A DNA stretch of 10,129 bases from Octopus sinensis (Eukaryota): positions 1 through 10,129 of the forward strand of contig NW_021827464.1 in the NCBI RefSeq assembly GCF_006345805.1, in the 5' to 3' direction. Shown piece by piece: positions 1 to 7,510 of the stretch. Positions within the stretch are counted from its first letter, which is position 1. Each line of letters opens with the position of its first letter. The notes below the pieces were generated by a model. It was not told the DNA's origin, made no database searches, and saw nothing but the letters and a program-made list of their open reading frames with translations. The position numbers and the translations under genes were made by a program.

Positions 1-161
1 TTTTTGTTTTATGAATAGCTCTATAACTGTTCATCTATTATTACTTTGCGTTTTACCTTCTCTGGCAATGTGTGTGTTTGTGTTGTGTGATCTGTTTGTA
101 TGCGTTGCATTTGTATGTCAGAGGTTTGCTTTTAATATGAAAGGAGTAAAGAAGGTGCTGA

Positions 162-309
162 TGTGTGTGTGTGTGTGTGTGTGTGGTGAATAATGGTTTG
201 TTTGGTGTGAAAGCCTGCCGACTGGAAGCTATTGTTTATTTGAGCTAGAGGTGTTGTATACGTGTGTGTGTCATGTGTACATAGTGTGTATGTGTGTGTG
301 TATATATAT

Positions 310-353
<44 letters not shown>

Positions 354-520
354 ACTCTTGCGTATTTATAAACACACGCACAAGAACGAACATATATACA
401 TATACCGACCGATATATATATATTTATATAAATGGTATATATAATAATATATATATATATAAATGTGTGTGTGTGTGTGTTGTGTGTATAAGGCATAGGT
501 GTTCATATATTTCACAGTGA
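162..520. repeat. Compound (TG)n/(TA)n microsatellite region
   Basis: TG runs at 162-183, 260-300 and 465-488; TA runs at about 301-351 and 410-461. Confidence 0.95.
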
Positions 521-553
521 CATATACATAGTGTACAGGCTTTGAAATGTCAT

Positions 554-604
554 TCTCTCTCTCTCTCTCTCTCACTCACACACACACACACGCACACACA
601 CACA
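554..604. repeat. (CT)n(CA)n compound microsatellite
   Basis: Read directly: ctctct... followed by cacaca... Confidence 0.95.
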
Positions 605-978
605 GACTACATTATTAAATTCGCCCAGCCACACGCACCCTGTCTTGTGATAAAAATGTTTGTCATCTACCACATTGAAAAACACTTCGTTATAGCTAAC
701 ACCAACCATTCTTATTTATTCTTTCATCATAGTCGTCGTGCTCGTGGTCGTCGTCGTCATCATACTCGCCATTTTTGTTTGTTTTTGTTGTTTTTATTTA
801 TTTCACTCTCCAAAAGTTCGCCGTCATTTTCCAAACTGCGCTTCCTTAGTGTCGTTTCAAACAAGGGAACTCACCTTAACCCTACCTGTCTTACCTACCT
901 ATCTTACCCTCTACGTAGACGTTTGACTGGCTAGTTGTAAGCAACAAAATGCCTCTTCTCATCACATACCACCGACTC

Positions 979-1387
979 TTTTACTCTTTTATTCTTTGTT
1001 TCAGTCATTTGACTGTGGCCATGCTGGAGCACCGCCTTTAGTCGAGCAAATCGACCCCTCCCCCCCAGGACCTATTCTTTGTAAGCCTAGTACTTATTCT
1101 ATCGGTCTCTTTTTGCCGAACTGCTAAGTTACTGGGACGTAAACACACCAGCATCGGTTGTCAAGCGATGCTGGGGGGACAAACACAGACACAGACCCCC
1201 CCCCCCACACACACACATATAAATACATATACGACGGGCTTCTTTCAGTTTCCGTCTACCAAATCCACTCACAAGGCTTTGGTCGACCCGAGGCTATAGT
1301 TGAAGACACTTGTCCAAGGTGCCACGCAGTGGGACTGAAGCCGGAACCATGTGGTTGGTAAGGATACTGCTTACCACACAGCCACTC
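979..1387 (-). mobile_element. tRNA-derived SINE, family A, near full length (A1)
   Basis: Reverse complement of the copy at 6691-7080 over about 400 bp. It includes the head (ccacacagccact 1374-1386 = A box on minus), a central CA/TA microsatellite and a 3' tail at 979-1020. Confidence 0.9.
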
Positions 1388-1558
1388 ATAAATTAGATAT
1401 TTAAATCTGAGCAAAAAAGAAAATAGGCATGGAAGGCGCGGAAATTGAGAAGGGATGGTCGTGGCTGGAATGCTTATAGGTTTACTTGCTCTGTGAGACT
1501 CTGAGCTTGGACTTATCGTTGCGCCTAATAATAATGATGATGATGATGATTTCAAACT

Positions 1559-1710
1559 TTGGTACAAAACCAGGAATTTCAAGGGAGGGGGTAAGTCGAT
1601 TTCATCGACCTCCAAACGATGAAGAGCAAAGTCGACCTCGGTTGGATTTGAACTCAGAACGTAAAGACGGACTAAATGCTACTAAGCCTTTTATCTAGCT
1701 CGCTGCCTTA
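1559..1710 (-). mobile_element. tRNA-derived SINE, family B, internally deleted old copy (B1)
   Basis: Shares gtcgatttcatcgacc, gcaaagtcgacctcgg, atttgaactcagaacgt and ctcgctgcctta with the copy at 5270-5505; has two internal deletions. Confidence 0.8.
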
Positions 1711-1713
1711 ATA

Positions 1714-1880
1714 TTCTTTTCTACTCTAGGCACAAGGCCCGAAATTTTGGGGGAAGAGCCAGTCGATTACATCGATCCCCAGTACACAACTGGTACTTAA
1801 TTTATCGATCCCGAAAGGATGAAAGGCATAGTCGACCTCGGCGAAATTTGAACTCAGAATGTAAAGAGAGATGAAATACC
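1714..1880 (-). mobile_element. SINE family B, old-type tail and body, interrupted at GAAATACC (B2)
   Basis: Aligns to the family B body up to gaaatacc (1873-1880). Its tail is the old type (ctactctaggcacaaggcccgaaattttggggg). Confidence 0.85.
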
Positions 1881-2118
1881 TATTTCTTTACTACCCACAA
1901 GGGGCTAAACACAGAGGGGACAAACAAGGACAGACAAAGGGATTAAGTCGATTACATCGACCACAGTGCGTAACTGGTACTTATTTAATCGATCCCGAAA
2001 GGATGAAAGGCAAAGTCGACCTCGGCGGAATTTGAACTCAGAACGTAACGGCAGACGAAATACCACTAAGCATTTCGCCCGGCGTGCTAACGTTTCTGCC
2101 AGCTTGTCGCCGCCTTAA
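1881..2118 (-). mobile_element. SINE family B, young-type copy (B3)
   Basis: About 94-95% identical by eye to 5270-5505, including the young-type tail tatttctttactacccacaaggggctaaacacagagggg. Confidence 0.9.
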
Positions 2119-2126
2119 TATTAATA

Positions 2127-2332
2127 ATCCTTTTTACTAATAGGTACAAGGACTAAATTTAGTTGGGAGGGGACTTATCGATTACGTCGACCCAAGTGTT
2201 CCACTGGTACGTATTTCCTCGATCCAAAAAGGATGAAGGACAAAGTCGACCTCAGCTCAATTTGAACTCAAAAACGTGACGACGGACGAAACGCCGCTTA
2301 GCTTGTTGTCAAGCGTGCTAATGATTCTGCCA
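2127..2332 (-). mobile_element. SINE family B, diverged old copy (B4)
   Basis: Contains ggatgaaggacaaagtcgacctcagctcaatttgaactca and gtgctaatgattctgcca; old-type tail from 2127. Confidence 0.8.
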
Positions 2333-2496
2333 CTGGAGTATTTGACGAAGGGATCATTACGTGAACAGTTTACGGTTTGCATGAGGGCGCTATATAAATG
2401 ATGGGGGGTGGGGTGAATGGGAGAGGAGAGCGATTTGGTTTTTTTTGGGGGTTTTTTTTTTGCTGGGTTTGGATTGGTGGCAAATCGATTGGCGGC

Positions 2497-2595
2497 AAAT
2501 CGATTACTTCGACTGTGCATGGGAACTTGTTTTATCGACCGCAAGAGGTCGAAAGGCAAAGCTGACTCCGGCGGGATTTGAACTCAGAACGTAAC
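2497..2595 (-). mobile_element. SINE family B, highly diverged fragment (B5)
   Basis: Contains tcgattacttcgac, tttatcgacc, gaaaggcaaagctgactccggcgggatttgaactcagaacgtaa. Confidence 0.7.
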
Positions 2596-2642
2596 GTAAA
2601 GGTGGGAACTGGAGGTGTCCACTAACCATTTACTGTCATTAT

Positions 2643-2722
2643 TAAAGGCGGTGAGTTGTTTGTTGAGTACTGGGGTGGGGGTGGGGGTCGATATAATCGA
2701 TAATCCCTTTCCCAAACATTTC
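2643..2722 (+). mobile_element. SINE family B, fragment lacking the middle (B6)
   Basis: Head taaaggcggtgagttg joined to the 3' part gagtactgggg...gtcgatataatcgat...ccctttcccaaacatttc. Confidence 0.55.
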
Positions 2723-2754
2723 ACGCTTTGTGCTTAAAGTAAAAAAGATTGTTA

Positions 2755-2882
2755 AAGGCAAGCGAGCTGGCAGAATCGTTAGCGCGCCGGACAAAATGCT
2801 TAGCGGCATTTCGTCCGTCTTCACGTTTTGATTTCAAATTTCCGCCTTGGTCGAGATTGCCGTTCATCCTTTCGGGTTCGTA
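2755..2882 (+). mobile_element. SINE family B, 5' half (B7)
   Basis: Reads aaggcaagcgagctggcagaatcgttagcgcgccggacaaaatgcttagcggcatttcgtc...ttcatcctttcggg. Ends where the triplet-repeat tract begins. Confidence 0.85.
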
Positions 2883-2953
2883 TTACTACGACTACCAAGA
2901 CCACCAACTTCTTGACCATTTTCGTGCTATCCACTTCAATGACACCTTACATT

Positions 2954-3011
2954 TTCTTCTTCTTCTTCTTCTTCTTCTTCTTCTTCTTCTTCTTCTTCTT
3001 CTTCTTCTTCT

Positions 3012-3052
<41 letters not shown>

Positions 3053-3131
3053 TTCTTCTTCTTCTTCTTCGTCTTCGTCTTCTTCGTCTTCTTGTTCTTC
3101 TTTTTCTTCTTCGTCTTCATCTTGTTCTTCT
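2954..3131. repeat. (TTC)20(GTC)13 followed by mixed TTC/GTC triplets
   Basis: TTC at 2954-3013, GTC at 3014-3052, then interspersed units. Confidence 0.95.
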
Positions 3132-3189
3132 AGGATCACCTAATTCTTGCCATATTCATGCTGCCCTCTTGAATGACACTACATTTTGT

Positions 3190-3482
3190 TCACTACTACC
3201 TACTACTACTGTTCCGTTCTGCATCTCTCCTTACCTGCCCCCTCTGACGCCCCAACACTCCATTTTCCACCACCGTCAGGCAAATTCTACGACCAAGCGT
3301 TGTTATCACCAACCTTCCAACAGAAAAACAAACCCTTTATAATCGACCACAGCAACACTGCAGCCAACACCAGCACCAGCACCACCGCCACCAACTTCAC
3401 ACACCTCTACACTAACACTACTACCTCCACCACCACCACCACCAACCACCACCGCCGCCGCCACCACCATCATTGCAACTAT
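3190..3482. repeat. Degenerate ACT/ACC/CAC/CGC triplet low-complexity region
   Basis: Short runs of actact, accacc and cgccgc. Confidence 0.8.
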
Positions 3483-3817
3483 TGCCATTATCACCCAGCT
3501 TTAAAATCGGTGAGATAAGGGGGAAAAAAACCAAACAAAAACCCCAGGAACTGTCCTATCCTGTCCTGTCCCATATCTCACCTTAACCTTTTTAAAACGA
3601 GGAAAGAAAAGAAGGAAAATGGCGGTGGGGGAAAAAAAAAAAGGGGTCTTTTGCACCGCATCACAGTTGTACACCCCACCTGCCTGCCTGCCATTTTCTA
3701 GTAATAACTATTGCTTCTAAACAACACCACACGATCTCTAATCTGTACTACTACTACCACCGCCGCCGCCGCCACTATCACCACTTACCTTCAATACCAT
3801 CGTTGTCTTCAGTCAGT

Positions 3818-3882
3818 AACAACAACAACAATAATAATAATAATGATGATAATAATAATAATAATAATGATGATGATGATGA

Positions 3883-3924
<42 letters not shown>
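3818..3924. repeat. (AAC)n(AAT)n(GAT)n compound microsatellite
   Basis: Read directly. Confidence 0.95.
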
Positions 3925-4092
3925 CTAACTGCCGTCTCTACCACCACCAACCATTACCTCCCTTGTTGTCATTAACATTATCTTTTCACCTCCATGTTGT
4001 TATCTTGGGCTCAGTGGTGACCCACCGCCTCTGCTTCCAATACTATATTGGAACATTGTTGTTCTCTACCATCGCTGTTACCATCACACCGC

Positions 4093-4146
4093 CATCATCA
4101 TCATCATCACAATCAATCATCATCATCATCATCACAATCATCATCG

Positions 4147-4179
<33 letters not shown>

Positions 4180-4283
4180 CAATCATCATCATTATCATCA
4201 TCATCATCATCATCAGAATATTCATCACAATCATCATCATCATCATCATCATCATTATCATCATTATCATCATCATCATCATC
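4093..4283. repeat. (CAT)n microsatellite with interruptions
   Basis: About 190 bp of catcat with caa/tat/cgt variant units. Confidence 0.95.
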
Positions 4284-4369
4284 TTTGCTGTTGGGATCAA
4301 TCTACACAATACCATCGCCGCCGCCACCACCATTGACACTAACGCCATCGACATAACGTCATGGCTTCT

Positions 4370-4570
4370 GGATTTTACCATCATCATCATCATCATCGTC
4401 TTCGTCGTCACTGTGACTATCATCACCATCACCACTACCATCACCATCACTAACCACCATAATAACTACTACCACTACCACCGTGTCTATGCTACTATAT
4501 TGTCGTGGTTTTAATCACCACCTCCACTACCACCACTACTATCACCATCATCACCACCACCACCTCCACT
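4370..4570. repeat. Degenerate CAT/CAC/ACT triplet region
   Basis: Read directly. Confidence 0.8.
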
Positions 4571-4927
4571 CCCCACTCTCACCAAACTCGGTAGTGTTCT
4601 ACCCCCCACCTCACCCCCCGGTCTCTGCCAGTCTCCTTCCTACCTCCCCCTACTCCCACCTATCTGACTCCTCCAGTGAGGCTCACACCGACGCAGGCGT
4701 CACAATCGCCATCACCACCTTTATCAATAACGTCTCCTGTGTTCGTCACCCATGACTGGCTACGCTATCCCCCCTCCCCCATCCACCTCCACTTCCCAAG
4801 TCCCTGATATTCACCGTATTTCCTGCCCCACCCTCCCACCCACCCAACCTCCACCGTTATCGTTTTTAAGCGTGACAGCTTCCCTTGTCACCGTTGTGGT
4901 GCCTCGCCGTTCAATAGTGTGCCGCTG

Positions 4928-4990
4928 CAGCAGTAGTAGTAGTAGTAGTAGCAGTAGTAGTAGGAGTAATAGTAGCAGCAGTAGTAGTAT

Positions 4991-5023
<33 letters not shown>

Positions 5024-5034
5024 AAGTAGTAGTA
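4928..5034. repeat. (AGT)n microsatellite with AGC/AAT variants
   Basis: Read directly. Confidence 0.95.
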
Positions 5035-5269
5035 ACACCGATATTGTTTTTGTTTTTACCTTGCATCGATACTAAACACCTCCACTACCACCATTGCATC
5101 AGCGCCAGCATCATCATCATCATCATCATTATCACAGTCTCCTCAACACCGCCGCCGCACTAATATAATTCATACCCACCATTACCAACCACCATTGTCA
5201 CCTTCACCATACTACTGTGCGATACCAACACTACAACCATTGTCGTACCATCACTGCCTTCATACTACC

Positions 5270-5505
5270 TATTTCTTTACTACCTACAAGGGGATAAACA
5301 CAGAGGGGACAAACAAGGACAGACAAAGGGATTTAAGTCGATTACATCGACCCCAGTGCGTAACTGGTACTTAATTTATCGACCCCGAAAGGATGAAAGG
5401 CAAAGTCGACCTCGGCGGAATTTGAACTCAGAACGTAACGGCAGACGAAATACGGCTACGCATTTCGCCCGGCGTGCTAAGGTTTCTGCCAAGTCGCCGC
5501 CTTAA
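5270..5505 (-). mobile_element. SINE family B, full-length young copy with 8-bp TSD (B8)
   Basis: Flanked by ATACTACC at 5262-5269 and 5506-5513. B-box-like GAGTTCAAATTCC on minus (5429-5417). The central GCCTTTCATCCTTTCGGGGTCGATAAA..AAGTACC resembles my recollection of the Meta/MESC SINE core (unverified). Confidence 0.92.
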
Positions 5506-5924
5506 ATACTACCACTGTCATACCATTATCACTACCATGCACTCACACCACCGCCACCACCATAACCACCATCCTTACCTCTACACTACCACCACCACCA
5601 CGACGACTCTGATATCACTGCTAGGAACCCAACGCCAGCGTTACATCACCTCCATCATAACCACTGCCCCACCATGAATGCCCTGAACTTTTCGCGCCTG
5701 ACTTCTAAATCAGTGGTTCTCGTTCACTTTTTAATTTTATTTGTGGACCCCTTTGATTTCTGTTTTCTCCATAGCCATTCGATGTTTATAAAAACACCAT
5801 ATTGTATTTTTATACTTAAATATTATTAAGAATTGTATTTAAAAAATTGTTAAAATATTTTTTGTACTGTAGAATTCTAACCAATTTATTACGCGAGAAC
5901 TTTGGCAGTAAAATTTTATATGGA

Positions 5925-6218
5925 ATTACGGAGAATGTACTTGCATAGCAAGTGATTTGATCTGAGATCGTGTGCTGGAACGAAAACAATTGCAGCGTGG
6001 AAGGTGTTTGTAAGCCATTTAAGAAACACACAAAAGCCGTTCGATTCACTTCAACATTTAAGTTGAACAACAATCCGTGAGCACGGATTTTTGTCTGAAC
6101 AGGTCGCGGTTTTAAAGCGACGAAAATATTTTGACAAATTAAACTTAAATGTTGAAGTGAATCGAACGGCTTTTGTTTGTTTCTTAAATGGCTTACAAAC
6201 ACTTTCCCCGCTGCAATC
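5925..6218 (+). mobile_element. Fold-back element, probably a Penelope-like terminus (inverted 3' piece plus sense piece)
   Basis: 76-bp inverted repeat, 5989-6064 vs 6142-6217, with 3 mismatches. 9-bp direct repeat TTATATGGA at 5916-5924 and 6219-6227. Contains the hammerhead-like motif at 6090-6138. Confidence 0.6.
6090..6138 (+). ncRNA. Minimal hammerhead-ribozyme-like motif with variant core (C8), probably damaged in this copy
   Basis: Stem I UUUGUC/GACAAA (6090-95/6133-38); UGAACA-G (6096-6102); stem II GUCGC/GCGAC (6103-07/6117-21); GAAA (6122-25); palindromic stem III AAUAUU (6125-30); U17 at 6131. Confidence 0.55.
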
Positions 6219-6423
6219 TTATATGGAGCCCTGCCGGAAACTATTATTCTAAATGTTTCACTTCTTATCATACCTCTGAGCTCCACCCCTTTAAACATTC
6301 ACTGGATTAGAAGCACTTCTTATATTAATCCATGGACGGGTTTATTCCAAGGAAGAAATTATTAGGGCATAGCACAAGGGTGAGAAATATATATGTATAT
6401 AGGTATGGATGGAGGGATGGATT

Positions 6424-6620
6424 TCCTTTATACTGTAGAACTAACCCCTGAGGAAAGGGGTTAGTCCAATTCATCGATTCCTGTACTTCATAGGTACTTA
6501 TTTCATCGACCCTGAAAGGATGAAAGACAAAATCGACCTCAGAGGAATTTGAACGCAGAACGTAAGGATGGATGAAATATCGCTAAGCGTTTTACTCGGT
6601 GTGCTAACGATTCTGCCAGC
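6424..6620 (-). mobile_element. SINE family B, diverged old copy (B9)
   Basis: Contains ggtacttatttcatcgaccctgaaaggatgaaagacaaaatcgacctc...gaatttgaacgcagaacgt...gtgctaacgattctgccagc. Confidence 0.85.
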
Positions 6621-6690
6621 CCATCTTTTTTATTGCTGTGTGTTTTGGGCCAGTGCCCCGCAACCTTTTTTCACTTGCGGTACACTTATA

Positions 6691-7080
6691 GGCGCAGGAG
6701 TGGCTGTGTGGTAAGTAGCTTGCTTACCAACCACATGGTTCTGGGTTCAGTCCCACTGCATGGCACCTTGGGTAAGTGTCTTCTACTATAGCCTCGGGCC
6801 GACCAAAGCCTTCTGAGTGGATTTGGTAGATGGAAACTGAAAAGAAGCCTGTCGTGTATATCTATATATATATATGTGTGTGTGTTTGTGTTTGTCCCCC
6901 CAACATCGCTTGACAATCGATGCTGGTGTGTTTACGTCCCCGTCACTTACCGGTTTGGCAAAAGAGACCGATAGAATAAGTACTGGGCTTACAAAGAATA
7001 AGTCCCGGGGTCGATTTGCTCGACTAAAGGCGGTGCCCCAGCATGGCCGCAGTCATGACTGAAACAAGTAAAGAGTAAAA
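6691..7080 (+). mobile_element. tRNA-derived SINE, family A, full length (A2)
   Basis: A box TGGCTGTGTGG (6701-6711) and B box GGTTCAGTCC (6744-6753), central TA/TG microsatellite, 3' hairpin and A-rich tail; three other homologous copies in the window. Resembles octopus tRNA-derived SINEs as I recall them; exact family name not verified. Confidence 0.92.
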
Positions 7081-7103
7081 AGTTATATTCTTTTCAAAAT
7101 TCG

Positions 7104-7235
7104 GCGGCACACCTGAACTAAAAATATAACTAAAAAATATAAAGGAAAAAAAAAATTATATTTAGGTTACACTGCGGCACACCTAGCATCGTCTCGTGGC
7201 ACACCAGTGTGCCACAGCATATCAGTTGTGGAGCA
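7104..7235. mobile_element. hAT-like transposon end remnant
   Basis: GCGGCACACCT at 7104-7114 and 7174-7184; perfect 9-bp inverted repeat GTGGCACAC-CA-GTGTGCCAC at 7196-7215. GGCACAC/GTGTGCC subterminal repeats are typical of hAT ends. The terminus itself is degenerate. Confidence 0.5.
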
Positions 7236-7344
7236 GTTTTAGGCTCCGCTAATATACATAGCCGATAGATGGGCAGATGAAGATGATCTATGTATTAATT
7301 GCATTATTATTTTCGGTAGAGGCGTAGGGGCTGAAAGCGGACGT

Positions 7345-7417
7345 GACCCCTGATGATGTCCTTAGCCACTGGATCCTATAAAGGAGCTGTTGAGGTAGCG
7401 AAGCACGAAACGTGGTT
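7345..7417 (+). ncRNA. Degenerate hammerhead-like motif with long stem II
   Basis: CUGAUGA-U (7350-7357); stem II 7358-7370/7394-7406 with 10 of 13 pairs plus an inner UCCU/AGGA hairpin; GAAA (7407-10); ACGU palindrome (7410-13). Position 17 is G or missing and stem I is poor. Confidence 0.45.
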
Positions 7418-7510
7418 GGAATTCCTCCTTCTGTATCACGTTCCAGAAATTGTATTAGAAGGAAACATTTTTAGAAATATTGAATTTCTAAATGTCTCAA
7501 AGAGACATGA

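Larger units (their letters stand above)
5711..6246 (+). mobile_element. Old non-autonomous hAT-like element, interrupted by the 5925-6218 insert
   Basis: Left end CAGTGGTTCTC (hAT/Charlie-type terminus) with subterminal ggacccc. Right end GGAAACTATTA (6236-6246) matches the inverse GAGAACCACTG at 6/11, and all five mismatches are transitions. Candidate 8-bp TSD TTCTAAAT at 5703-5710 and 6247-6254. Confidence 0.55.

Noticed and set aside
1429-1479. Mini-ORF MEGAEIEKGWSWLECL, reminiscent of the SLC16 DGGWGW motif
   Set aside because: It stops after 16 codons, has no usable in-frame splice donor before the stop, and the match is only a few residues.
542-1615. 130-, 119-, 67- and 62-aa ORFs
   Set aside because: Built from microsatellite and SINE sequence, with no recognisable protein family.
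1559-2595. CRISPR-like or satellite array of recurring gtcgac/ttgaactcag motifs
   Set aside because: The recurring motifs are parts of 100-240 bp SINE copies with homologous intervening sequence. The DNA is eukaryotic and has no cas genes.
2403-2688. G-rich tracts (2403-2428, 2672-2687) as G-quadruplexes
   Set aside because: Only three clear G-runs in each. They are probably expansions of SINE G-tracts, with no functional context.
2749-3342. 197-aa ORF, plus the overlapping 101-aa ORF and the 67-aa acidic ORF
   Set aside because: The N-terminus is SINE B7 and the rest is TTC/GTC repeat read as poly-L/R, F/V or E/D. No domain is recognisable.
3806-3812. CTGAAGA on the minus strand
   Set aside because: No downstream GAAA or helices; it lies in low-complexity sequence.
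3963-4755. 183-, 135-, 102- and 90-aa ORFs
   Set aside because: These are translations of the (CAT)n/(CAC)n tracts and are open in several frames because the repeats lack stops.
5816-6298. 160-aa minus-strand ORF with ordinary-looking composition
   Set aside because: It runs across the hAT remnant, both arms of the fold-back insert and their junctions. I recognise no transposase, RT or GIY-YIG motifs.
6691-6765. Possible tRNA gene
   Set aside because: A and B boxes are present, but I could not form a cloverleaf, and the sequence continues into a multi-copy SINE body.
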